Under the pieces are notes generated by a model. That model did no database searches. It saw only the letters and a list, made by a program, of their open reading frames with translations, and was not told the DNA's origin. The translations under genes and the position numbers were made by a program. 64,000 nucleotides of DNA from Reclinomonas americana ATCC 50394 (taxonomy: Eukaryota): contig PS015081.1 of the NCBI GenBank assembly GCA_048213135.1, positions 168,785 to 232,784 of the forward strand, in the 5' to 3' direction. Positions 10,868-23,700 of the stretch are shown here, piece by piece (within the stretch, counting starts at the first letter, position 1; every line of letters begins with the position of its first letter).

Positions 10868-12902
10868 TCATCGGACCTGAATGTGGTATTCTCGCAGTGC
10901 CTCCTGTCGAGCAGTTACAGTGAGCGGAGGAGAGTGAGAAACCGGGGTGACCACAATCGCACCTCAGACACTTCGGATGGTGCGCCGCTGAGCAGATCCT
11001 GACCCACAGTGCTCTTGGGGAAGGCAATGACGTCGCGAATGCTCGGTGCCGCCGTGAGAATCGCACACAGACGATCTGTGCAATCCAGAGTGAGGTACAG
11101 AGAGTGCCACCCCCGCTGCCCGCCCCTCCCGCCCTCTCACCAAAGCCAATGGCCAGACCGGCGTGTGGCGGAGTGCCGTGCCCCAGTGCCGAAACCAAGT
11201 GCGCAAACTGCGACGAATCGACGCCGAGCACATGCTCAAAAATGTACTGCTGGAGATGCGGACAGTGGTTGCGCACCGAGCCGCCACCAACTTCCATGCC
11301 ATTCACCACCACGTCGTAGTGGAGGCCACGAATCTTGCGCGTGGAGCTGGGGTCGGCCAGGAGTGCAACATCGTCCGGATGCGGTGATGTGAATGGGTGA
11401 TGAGCGCTCTCGTAGGCACGGCCTGTGGGAGAATGAGCAGGTGCACGCACACAAGGTGGGCTGTCCCTTTTTCCTTTTCCCCTCACTCACCGCGCGTGAC
11501 GAGCTCATTTTGGTCGGCGTAGTTGAAGAGCGGGAAATCGCGGACCCACAGAAACTCAAACTTGTCGCTCGGCACCTGCAGCTGTCCGTGCGACACGAGC
11601 GCGTTGGCACTNNNNNNNNNNNNNNNNNNNNNNNNNNNNNNNNNNNNNNTTTCGGTACGACAGCACGGGGAACGGATCCGGCAAGTCCACATTGAGCGTC
11701 TGCTTCCACAACGTGCGCAGCGCTCGCTCCACCACCCCACACACATCGTCGGCCGTGGCAAACGACATTTCGAGATCGACCTGCGTGAACTCGGGCTGCC
11801 GATCGGCTCGCCCTCCTTCGTCGCGGTAGCAGCGAGCCAGCGAGTAGTATCGATTCACGCCACCGGCCATCAGCAGTTGCTTGTACTGCTGCGGACTCTG
11901 TGCCAGCGCGTAGAAACGATTGCTGCCCACAAGCTCCGACACATGAGTGGCATGGAAAAGACGCTGTGCATGTCTCACATTCCACACGCTCACCGGTGAC
12001 GAGTGGGCACGAGAAACTCACGCGCTCCTTCGGGGGTGGAACGAAACAGCGTCGGCAGCTCGATCTCCGTGAATCCGTCTCGATGCAAGCACTCACGCAT
12101 GATGCGAGCTGCCAGTTCGTCAGCGCGTCACCGGCTGCATGCGTGCGTGCGTGCGTACAAGAGACACGAACCTGCATCGGAACGCAGCTGCAAACGCTGC
12201 TGCATCACAGGTCGCCGCAGATCCAAATGCCGGTGCCGCAGACGCAACTCCTCACCAGTCTGCACCGCACATGAGAACACAACACGACGCCACCCGTTGT
12301 TTTCTTGCACACACACGCAACATCGTCCGTGTGGCGTTTCACTGGCAACGCAGTGGCCGGTGCATTCAACACCGCACACTCGTTGACGACAACCTCCACA
12401 TCGCCAGTCTGCTGTGTCGCACCACGATCCTGTCCCTCCGGTCGCTTCCGCACCACTCCACGCACACTCACCGAGCTCTCCACATTCGGCGCATCACCCA
12501 GCTTCCTGCACTTGTCTCCTTCAGCATGTGCACATACACACACACACAGAGAGAGAGCGCGCGATCAATCGCAGCGTAACTCTGGCTCCCACACCAGTTG
12601 CACTGTTCCCGACGCATCTCGCAGCACCACAAAGCTCAGCGTTGGACTCATCTGTCGCACACGATCCACGAAACCGCACAGTCGCACTGAGCGATCCACG
12701 TACTCTGCACTGCCACGCAGCACACCGCACAAGTGCGTTCGTCGATGCTCCAGGGCCATCACTGGCAACGCAAAGTATGACTATGAGAGAAAGAGTGATG
12801 CATGCAGAATCGCGTTTTGGCGAAACTTGGGGCAATGGAGCCCGGCAATGGCGGTCGCACACTGCTGCTGCTGAACAGCCGTCGTGTAAGAGCGGCCCAC
12901 AT
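10868..12902 (-). CDS. DARS2: Mitochondrial (bacterial-type) aspartyl-tRNA synthetase; contains a small N gap
   Basis: Targeting-like N-terminus [108 protein letters not shown]. Confidence 0.95.
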
Positions 12903-12966
12903 GGACGACTGAAGGAGGTAAGGCGGGAAGAAGCTGCGGAGGACAACCGGACTTATTTTTGTCATT

Positions 12967-14634
12967 ATGGCTGCGTCGGCGAGCAGTGAGCAGGCGCTGT
13001 CTGCAGAGGAGAAGCTGAAGCGAGAGGACTATGAGCGTTTCGCCGAGGCCTGCACGCACGCGTTTGCAATCGAGCCAGAGTGGGGCGCCAACGTTCGCAA
13101 GTGGCATCGAGAGCTTGGTTAGTGTGTTTTGTTTCCGAACATCCTCTCTCTCTTTCTCGTGTGCTCATATCGATGGCTGCTTCAAGGCCACGAGAACCTG
13201 CGGTTCATTCGTGGCGATGACGGGCAAGTGGTGGGCGGGCTGGGAATGTCGCCACACATGGATGTATATCTGGGCGGTCGTCGAGTGGGAATGACGGGTG
13301 TGACGGCGGTGTCGTTGGAGAGCGAGTACCGTGGTCTTGGTCTGGCCAGGGACCTGCTGCGACGGAGCATGCGGGAGATGCGCGAGTGGGGACCGCTGGC
13401 GATGCTGGTGCCGCTGACGACGCCACTCTAGTTGCGTAGCGACGATGATCATTCACCAATCATCGCTGACTGACTGCTGTGTGTGGTGGCTGCAGTCGCT
13501 CCGCGGGCTTCCACGTGGTGGGCGTTCGCTGCGAGACCACCATGCCACTGGCTGCGTTGCCGTCGTGCGGTCGTGCTCTGCGGGAGCGCATGCGGACCCG
13601 CCTTTTCCGTCGTCGGAAACTCGGCACGAGTGATGGTGACTTTGAGGCCGACGAGGAAGACATGGCGCAGGCGCAGGCGCTGTACGAGCGCTACGCCATC
13701 AACATCAATGGCGTGCGTACTCGCCCCTGCTGATCTCCACCTCCACATGCGCTGTCTCACTCTGCCTTGCAGGCTGTTGCGCGCAATCGATTCGTCTGGC
13801 GCCGCCAGCTGCGTCTGCGCGGACACGAGAACATCGGCAACGTGGTGTACCACAACGAGACGGCCGAGGATGGCTCACAGCGTGAGGTGTGGGACGGCTA
13901 CATCTTTTTCCGCGCCGCCGAGCTCAACGGCGAAGACCGAGCCAAGGTGGAAATCGTCGACATTGCGTATCTGTCGCGCGATGCGCTGACGCGCCTGATG
14001 GACATTGTCGCCTCGCACTACCCGATGGCTAGCCACGTGCGATGGTACGGCAAGCCGTTGGACCCGGTCTCGGACTACGCTCCGGAGATTTGTGAACTGA
14101 CCGTGTCAGGTTCGTCGTACACGAGGAGCGAGGTGGTCTCCCTTTGCTTCACCGCACTCACCCTCTTGTGTCGCCGCAGCGGGTGTGTTCATGTGTTACT
14201 ACATGATGGCGGTACTCGATGTGAAGGCGGCTCTGGAGCAGCGAGGTCGGTTGTTGTTGTGCTGCTCTCTCTTTCTCTGTCGTCGTCTATTCATGTTTGT
14301 TGGCACAGGATATCCGCGTGCATTCTCCGGCACGTTTGGCCTGTGTATCGACAATGACGAAGTCATCCCGGAGAACAATGGTGCATATCGCGTGCAAGTC
14401 CGCGACGGCTGCGCCACAGTGGAGGTGCTCGAGTCGGCCGCGTCGGACACGTCCATTCCGTGGGGCACCATCACCATGCACGGCCTGGTCATGCTGTACT
14501 CGGCGCACCGTCGGGCGCCTCAGCTGCGACTGCTGGGCGAGCTGAAGAACGAGGAACGTGAGAGCGATGCACTTGATGCAGCGCTCGATGTGTTTGCCGC
14601 GCACGGTCCCCTCGACATGCGCGATCTGATCTGA
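12967..14634 (+). CDS. Eis-family GNAT acetyltransferase (double GNAT + SCP2-like C-terminus), 6 exons
   Basis: GVTAVSLESEYRGLGLARDLL (acetyl-CoA motif), PLYRSAGF, MAVLDVKAALEQRGYP, DEVIPENNGAYRVQV, LVMLYSAHRRAPQLRLLG. Confidence 0.85.
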
Positions 14635-14670
14635 ACGACCCAATCCTGAATTGCAACAATATACGCAGTT

Positions 14671-17597
14671 TCATCGCTTCACCACGTGCGACCACCGCTC
14701 GCAGTCGGCCAGTGGTCTTCTCTGTCCATTCTCTCCCACCGGTTGCACGACGACCGTCCACTCGTCGCTCGTGTCAAAGAGCAACTGCGTGCGCAGACGC
14801 GGTTGGAACGCTCGTCCGAGCCAGCGCAGCGACAGCTCGTCACTCGTCATGGCCCACACATCCCAATGTTGCACAGGAGTCGTGCTTGCATCGGTCCATC
14901 TGTTCGCGAAGCACCATTTGAGGATCAGGAGTGCATTTGCTTGTGATAAGAGTCCACGTACCGCACTTCCACCACATTTGCCGACTCGTCGACCGTGGTG
15001 ACGATGACATTGACGGCCTCCAGTGTCTCGACCGCCTCGTCAGCCTGCGTGGTAACGCACAGCTCGCCAATGGTGATCCTCGCCTCGTCAGAGGCGCCCG
15101 GATTGCAAACCCGCGCAGCAATATCAGCCAACACAGTTCCGCTCGGCGGTCGTGGAGTGGTCCACGTCAGACGACGCCAGCCATGTCGCAGTTCGTGACA
15201 CGCACTCGGTGGCAACTGACGGCAACCAGCGTGCGATTCGGCGACGTCGCCCTTGCAGGCGAGTTGTATGCAGTCGGGCAACTCGACGGCAGTGTCGACG
15301 AAGCGCAGCAACAGCGAGAAGTCAGCATCACCAGCTGTCGTCTTCCACACACAATGCACGACCAGGTCCGAGTCGTCATCCATGCCGGAGGCAACGAGTC
15401 TCTCGGCGAAGCGGAACAGCCGAATGTCCGCAGCACAGTTTGGCTGGACCTACATCGCGCATCAGAAAACGTGTTCTCACACGCACAAGCATGAAAGCAA
15501 TACAACAAACTGTGAATGACAACGCCGAGCCGCCGTCGTATGGGTGCCGGTCATCGTTGAGATGCACACTTACACCCGCACTCGGCGAGTCCAGCAGTGC
15601 GTCGACTGCTTGTGGTTGGGCCTGTGTACAGCAAGGGTGTGGGAAAGTGCTGCGGCGATCCTGCAGAGTAGAGATCCACACACCTGGCTCAGATTGCACC
15701 ATCCACCGTCGTACACACACTGCGCACGCATGATATCAACATCTCAACAAAATTTGCTGTGCCTTGCCATTCGACTCACCTCTCCTTCCACGTAGAACGC
15801 GTTGCCGACTCCGTTGCAAAATGAAGTTGCAAACGGCAGTGTGTAGCGCCGCGTGGAGAGCAGCGGTGAGCAACGGGCAATGCTGCAGTGTGCACACGGT
15901 GAGATGCACGAAACGGAAAGCCGGGACAGCATTCTCACCGCGCCATTGCTCGGGGTCGTCTGCACCGACTCCCAGCCACAAGCGCTTGTCATTGCGATAG
16001 AACGCAGCTTTGTCGTCCAGCGATTCGTACGTCCAACCAGGCGCAAAGACGGCTGCACAAGGGCAGAGAGAGTGGTCACGACAATGCACGAAAACCACCG
16101 ACAGAGCGACAAATGCAAACCAGAAGACAGCGAGTGCTCCAATGCACATCGCACCGCCACATGCGTGTTAAATCCACCGCCACCGTACTGCTCACTGTGT
16201 GAATAAGCGCAGCAGCTTCATACACGTATATGCGCGATGCCTACGCAACTGCTCCTCGACCAAACACGTCTACTCGCCGCCACACCAACTGCGTGAGACG
16301 CCAGACATACACACACGCAAGACAACCGACACATTGTACACACCGACACCCGCCATCACGGAGCTCGGCAGCGTGCAGCCCTCTCTGGCACACACAGCAG
16401 AGCTCACCAGTTGTTCGGGGTCTCGCCAAAAGTAGTTCAGGAATGTGCCAGCACAGGCCTGCTCCACGGAGGGGAATCGTCAGCAAAGACAACTGGCACG
16501 ACGGTTCGACCGCCACACCTGGTGAAAGAGGAGATTGTGCGAGTTAAGGGCGTTCTGCCATCGCAGCTCACCAGCCGCAGTCACCGAGTCGTACCACAGC
16601 ACCTGTCCTCTGCGTTTGTTCACCCTTGATCATCCATGTCGTGTGTTTCACGCGCACGCACGTGTCGCAACTCCTCAATCTCAGCCTCCACGCACTCGCT
16701 GAGCAGCTTCACAAAGTCGCGCAGCGTTACGGCATCGTCGGCCGAGTCCAGTGCGCACTCAATGTTCACAAAGAAGCCGTCGAAGCGGGAGACCCTCGCC
16801 ATGGCTGCCAACTTGTGCGCACAGACCACCCACGCCGGCTGCAGATCTGTCGACGGATCGCCACGCAGTCGACGATGATGGTCGCTGGCGTAGAACTGCT
16901 GCTCGCTCTCACTCCACCATCCATGCAGCATGTCGTTCAACTTGCGCTTGCCTTCGTCCCACTGTCATCGCACACGGTGAGTGCCAGTCTCACGCGCCAT
17001 TCGATGACAAAGAAGCAAACCTCCACGATGAAGGTGCCGAGTACGTGACAGCCGGCGGTATGCGCTGCATTCGTCCAGCACACGGGCGGCGGTGATACGA
17101 AGCTGCGTCATGCAAGCCTGGATCAGGAGGCAGCGGGCAGATCGCACGGAGAGACAACTCGAATCGTTACCGATGTGCAAAGTAGATGAATGTCGACACC
17201 AGCGACAAGTGATCCATGTGAAACGCTAGTGGATTCGATGATCCCTGCGCGAACGCGTCGTCGGGAAGGTACCTGCAGGGTGAGCCACAGGAGTGAACAA
17301 CTGTGCATGAACGATTGCTGCTGTCGATCGCTCACACACCCGCCCATCATATCGTGGCACACAAGCAGCTTCTGGCACGGCGATCGGGGTGGGTGCGCAG
17401 TGGGCTTGCGCAATGCACGCGTGGCCACTTGCCACTCGCAGTAAGACACATCTGCATTCCACTGCACGCGCAACAAATCAGGCTCACATGCACAGAGCAC
17501 ACACACGCGCACATACCTCTAGCAGCTGCTGCAGAGTGTCCACTAGTCGCGCCTGCAGCGCTGCGTCGGCCAGAAACGGGTTGGCATCGCGCGGCAT
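14671..17597 (-). CDS. ENGASE: Cytosolic endo-beta-N-acetylglucosaminidase (GH85)
   Basis: KLLVCHDMMGGY, FIYFAH, WTNAAH..GCHVLGTFIVEW, FDGFFVNIE, FLNYFWR, VFAPGWTYE, LPFATSFCNGVG. Confidence 0.9.
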
Positions 17598-17776
17598 CGA
17601 TCGATAACGAATGAAGGACGCGGAGTGCAGGACCGCACACGCACGCGATCACACGGCGACTGAGCAAGAGAGTGCTCAGCATCTTCTGTGCCGCGTGCGC
17701 ACGAGTGTTCGGCGATCTCTCTCTCCTGCACATCCTTCGTTGATTGCTTGTTGTAGAGAGTATCTCCGACGTCATC

Positions 17777-20668
17777 ATGCGCGTCTCCACACGAGTGCTG
17801 CAGTACCTCAGCTTAGGCAGCGGCTGCCTATCGATGCTTGTTGCTGGTAATGTTGCGTTGCACATCCACAGAAGAGAGAGAGGGGGGGAAGAGAGGGAAA
17901 AATGCATCGTGATGATGCATTGCGATCCGTCTTCATCATCATCACAGATTCGCACATTCTCTCACCCCGGCTCACACGTGTGCATGCAGTTGGGCGGTTT
18001 GGCCTTGTACACACAAGATCTCAAGGACAAGTTGGGCCTGTCTCAGTCGGAGCTGGCTGGTGTGGTGGAGGGCCTGGCGTTCTGGGGACTCTTCTTGTCG
18101 CTGCCGATGGGTTTGTTCGTGTCGAAGAAGGTGTGCCCGACGCAGCCTCACTCGCGATGAACAGGGCTGTTGTACGACTGGGTGGGCTCGCAGATCACGT
18201 GCTTTGTCGGATCGCTGCTGATGGTGCCGTGTGCACGCATGCACGCCGGTGTGCTTTCGTTCGTCGATTTTCTCATGCCAACGTTGCGCAGTTTGTCGGC
18301 TACTTTCTGCTGTTCTGTGTGACGTCGGACTGGTTTCACGCACCGGCCATCGTCATTGGTATATTCTTTGCCATTGTTGGACAGGTGGGCGCATGGTCAA
18401 AGGGAGAAAGGGATGAGATGGGAAAGTATTCATGTCGAGCTTGCAGGGATCCGCCGCCGTGTACATTGCATGTTTGCTGACCAACGATGCCAACTTCGAG
18501 TCGCGGCATCGTGGCAAGATCCTCGGGGCGCTGGTGTGCTGCTTTGCTCTGTCGGGCGTCTTCATGGCCGCGCTGCATGCACCGTCGACCTTTAGCTCGT
18601 GGCCCGACGGGTTCGTGGGATGCCTGCTCGCCATCATGCCTTCGTCTGTCGACTGACTTGTCACGCAGGCTACCGCACTTTATGCTGCTGTTGTCCGTGG
18701 TGTGCGGCTCTTGCGGCCTGGTGTCGGGAGTTGCGATAAACGCGATCCTCTTCCTCGTTGATAGGGTGCTGATGCGTCTGGGGTGCCTGGATAGATTTTC
18801 GTGCGAAGTCTCCGTCACCGCATGCGCCGCTCCAGGCGTCATCCAGCACTTCCGCCACCAGGGCCACCACCCATGGCCATCAATATCAAGCCGACGCCAG
18901 TGTCGGGTACTGAGGAAATTCCGGTGCGTCTACTGGTCATTCGAAGCGTCAGTCTCCTCCGGTTCTCACTCAACCATCTGTGCAGCGCACGCAACCCATG
19001 GCGATTCGCGAATCGGGCCTGCTGCCACTACCGACGGGTGGTGCGCCGGAGGATGCGGCCAGCTCTCTCGGCAACACCTGGTGAGTTGTTGTGCTGCTCG
19101 TCGAATTCGGCGCCGTTCGCCGACGATGATGATGATTGCGTAGGGCCACTGCCGATGTCGAGGCGACGGAGCAGAGTCGTCTGCTGGCCGCCGCTCCTCC
19201 TATAATTGAGGAATCGCTGGACGACGCGTTTTCTCTTTCCAGTCTCCCGCAACCGTTCTTCACCGGCGCCTTGGTGCGCACTGAACTCGCATCCTCGGCC
19301 CTCCTTGTTGACAAGTTGGGTGTCGTGTGCGCGACAAATGACGGTTGTGCATACTCACTGTCTTATGCTCGACAGGTACTTGAAGTCGGCCATGGCGCAC
19401 AACAAACAGGAGCCGAATTCGAGACATGTGTCGCTCACCGACACCGAGGACGACACGTCGAGCATTTACACGTCGGGTTCGCAGATCGTAAAGGATGCCA
19501 ACTTGCGGTCCATTTGGTGCGACCTGCGTTTCTACGCGTCGTGGTTCGTGGCATGAGTCGTGCTCCGCCCCCTTGTTGCATAACAGTCTTTCATTCTCAT
19601 GTCGTCACACGTTTCGTAGGTTTGCCGTCTTCTGCAGCGTCACTCCGTGCTACCTGTATATTGCCAATGTCGAGGTCTGCTACCTACCTCCTATGCTGCG
19701 CACTGTACCATCTTCGGCGACTCAGTTCTGCCTCCCGTGTTTTCACAGTTTATTGCACGGAGTATCGGCCAGGATTCCAACGGCTTCAAAGTGCGCCAAG
19801 TCATCATGTTCTCGGCATTCAGTGCCTTCGGTCGCCTTGCGATCGGCCTCTTTTCTGACTCATTGTTGCGTCGCTGCCAGTGCTGTCTTCTTCAGAGTGA
19901 GTGCACCACTGCTCACCACACTCTCGCGTAACAGTCGGGAGCGTGTGGCACCGACGTACTGGGCCGCCATGGCATCCGCACTTGTCATGGTGTGCTACGC
20001 CACCCTCGCCGCTGCCTACAACACAGTGGTTGTGGAGCTCGTCTCCCCCCTCATTGGCCTGGCCTTTGGCACTCTCATTGTGTCCAAGCCGACTCTGGTG
20101 CTCACCATGTTTGGTACGCTGCGTGCGGGAACACTAGTGGCCGCATTCGATCTCGCCGTCGGTGTAGGCGTGACGCTGGTGGGACTCGCCGTGGCTGCCG
20201 TGTACTCGTCACACGAGGTTTCGTCGCTGGCGTTGCCGAGAAGCACCCTCTGTGTGTGCTGCTGACCGCTCGCTCCTCCCTTCTCTTCGACGCAGACACG
20301 ATCGCCGGTGACTGGCGACTTGACGTGCGACGGAACCTCGTGCTTCCGTTGCGTGCGCGTCCGTTCTTTCTTCATATGTTTCACCCGCCGCCGACTCACA
20401 CTGGTGCTGCTGCCACCTTTCCCCCACAGACGTCACCTTTCTGTTTCTGGTGAGCTGTGCTGCACGGATGCTGCTGCATTCTCTCCGCATCGCCGACTGA
20501 CACTGCTGCGGTGACACACAGTTTGGCATTGAGGTGCTGGCCACGGTGCTGTTCATCGCCCTCCAATTCCTTCAGCGGCGAGCCGTGGCACGCGGCCTGG
20601 CCAGACACTTGGATCGCGGACATGCACCACCGCGGCTGATTCCGTCGACCAAGCGAGCACGGCGATGA
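17777..20668 (+). CDS. Nodulin-like/MCH1-like major facilitator superfamily transporter
   Basis: LYTQDLKDKLGLSQ, LPMGLLYDWVG, NFESRHRGKILG, FSAFSAFGRLAIGLFSD, CDGTSCF; about 12 hydrophobic segments. Confidence 0.82.
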
Positions 20669-20704
20669 AAGCGAACCTTTAAACACGTTGTAGTATTTGT
20701 TTGT

Positions 20705-23700
20705 TTACAGACCAGAGAGGAAGTCGTCGAGATTGCCGACTTCCACGTTTTCGAATTGTGCTTCCGCTGTCTTCTCAGCAGCCGCAGCCGCCGCGGCCTT
20801 GCGCGATTGCTTGTCGCCGCCACTTCCACCGGCAGCTCCTGAACCACTGGCACCTTCTCCAGGAACGGCTGCCCTGTACGCGGCATCGTCGCGCGCCACC
20901 AAGCGCGCTGCGTCTTCCGGCATCAGCTCGGCGAAGAAACCTGCGCTCGCGTGTCAGGAGACGACGAGCAGCGCACATTGCGAGGGTGCGCACGCAACCA
21001 AACACACTGACACCGAGATCTGTGCCGGCCGCCACCAGCTGGTCTTCGCGGAACTTCCTTCGCTGCTCCACATACGCATCGTACACCAGCGGCAACTCAG
21101 CCGCCATGCGCTTCTTGAAGGACTTGTCCGCGTTCTTGCGTGCGTCGAGCACGCGCAAGGCCAACTCGGGCGGTGTGTCCGGGAAAATGCGCAGGATCTC
21201 GCGATACTGCAAAGCCATGTTTTCCTCCGTTCTGCGCGCGTCTCACAATCAGCTCACGCCCTCCCACCATCAATCGATGCACACGATTCCGTACGCAACG
21301 CTCCAACCAACGTCGACAAGAGTTGCACTGGTCTAAAGTTGCTCTCGCAAAACGTCTCCCAGTCGCGACCGGCGGTGGCCTCGTGCTCCTTGAACGGCTC
21401 AAACGCCTGCACCATGATCTGGAAGTCCTCGTGCAGCATGTCGTCGGCACCCGGCTGCAGCTTCCTGCACCCACAAGGTGTCAGTCACTCCACCTCGCTG
21501 CTCCAGCAGGCATCACACGAAAAAAAAAACACAGCATGACACAACTTTTTCTTCGTCAGCAGCTGGGAAACGTAGGCCTTTGAGCAGCGGTTCATCATTT
21601 CTCCCAGCTGCGTTGCAGTGTTACCAATCAGATGGAATACTAGCAGCAGCAGCAGCAGCAGCCCGCAGCATGCACGCAACGACACCAGTGACAAACACGC
21701 GGGCCAGCGACGAGACCACCTCCTTCATCAGGGTCGACACCGCAGCCATCCACTCCTCCACCAGGGGTGTGTTGGCCCAATCCTCCTCAAACAGGCTCGC
21801 ATGGAAAGAGCTTGTTTCCCTTTGCAATCGATCCAAGAGCAGCTCGCGAAGCTGCTTCTCGCCATCCAAGAACACTGACGGGGCGACAGCAGGTGAGAAA
21901 TGATATGTGTTCCCGTGTCATGAATGAGAAGGACAGCGCGTACCTTCGTCGAGCTTGTTCAAAAAGTCCAGAACACTCGTCTCGGACACCGGGACCGCAG
22001 CTTTGCCAGTTCCGCCGTGGATCTCCATTTCGCGCGCCTTGGCCCGCACGAGCGGTGTCAGCAGGCGAGTCACCAGACCGCGGAACTCCTCCGATGCACT
22101 GCACAGCGCGTTAGCCGAGAAACCAATCAAGACAGAAGAACATGACGCAACATGAGTGCATGCTCGGTGTTGTTGACGATCGCGCACATATAGCGGATGG
22201 GCAGGCGATCACGGTTCTCTGCGCAAAGACACACCGTGAAAAACGGAGCGCACCCTGCACGAGGATAGACAACAACGCACGTCGTGCCGTCTCAATGAGA
22301 GTCTGCTGGTAGAATGAGATGGCGTCGACAGAGCCCTTAGCGACCTCCCAAAGCAGCTGAGGACACGGACCAAGTCAGTGACTCGCAAATCCACCTCGCT
22401 CTCTCTCTCTCACACACACACAACCCGCTTACCGTGCCCGTGGAGATGGAGCCGATACGCTCCAGCTGCTGATTGATGATCTGGTACAGATAGATGGTGG
22501 CCAGCGTCGTGACACCGTCGTCGCTGCTCACATACAATTCGCCACTCTGTGCCGACGCCGCCGCATTGCTGAGCTCGTACACACGCGTGAGCTCGCGCTT
22601 GACAATGTTGCCGAGCCATTCGCGAAGTTTGGACTATGGCGCAGCGCAGAGGAATGAGGGCGGAGGAAGCGAAAGGAGAGCGAGGATGCACGCGTGACTC
22701 ACCGCCACTTGGCGCGAGAAAGTAAAGCAGAGCGTGTCAAAGTAGGCCTTGTAGTCCTGCAGATCGAGCTTGTCGAGCGAGCCCATCAGCTCCATAAGAT
22801 CCTTACGATACCGCTCAAAGCTCTCGACTACCACGACGAGTGAGTGGCTGCGAGCAACACCAAAGAGCACAAAGGCGACAAACGCAACTAATGTTGACCA
22901 CTTGCTCCATCTCCAGGTCGTCGAGACGCTGCGAGAATTGCTTCAGGCACAGAACCACCACTCGATGTGTGTGCTGCACCCAGTAATCCATGATCGGTGA
23001 CCTGCGACGAAATACGAGAGTTATTTGGGTCACGAGTCGGCTCAAATCAGTGCTGACAGATGCACGCAACGTCAGTGGGAAGCACGGCAGCACCATGACG
23101 TCCACCGCATACAGGTCATCCATGAGGCCCTTGATGCATTCGAGAGCAACCTTGATGTCGGAGAGCACTGGAAACTCCTCCTTTAGCTTCTGAATGGCCT
23201 CCTCGACGCCATGATCGCGCAGCACGGGCATGATACTGTGGAGAGGAAGGGTTCGTGAGACAGGAAACAGTCAGGAAGGCAGGGAGAGTGGCACGAGTAA
23301 GAGTACCTCGCCATTTCCGTCTCGCCGTCATCAGAGTCCTCTGTGAACACAAACGTGAGCTTGTATACAGCGTCATAAAGAGAGATGATGAAGACAATGT
23401 GCACCGTCTGGAACTGGTGGAGGTGCGGCCGCCGCAGCCGCAGGAGCAGCGGCAGACGCTCCGCCCGCAGGCCGTCCGCTGCCGTCACGAGTGCTGCCAC
23501 TGGCACTCCCACCACCACCGCCACTACCACCGCCGCCTCCACCACCGGCACCGCCCTTGCCCTTCTTGTCGTCCGAGGGTCGCTTTACCGGCACACGATT
23601 GGCCAATTCGTACAGCTCCGGATCGTATTCGTCGTCGTCGCCGTCGAGGAACGCGTCATCGTCGAACTCATACTCTCCACGGTCGCCCTGCGCACCACTT

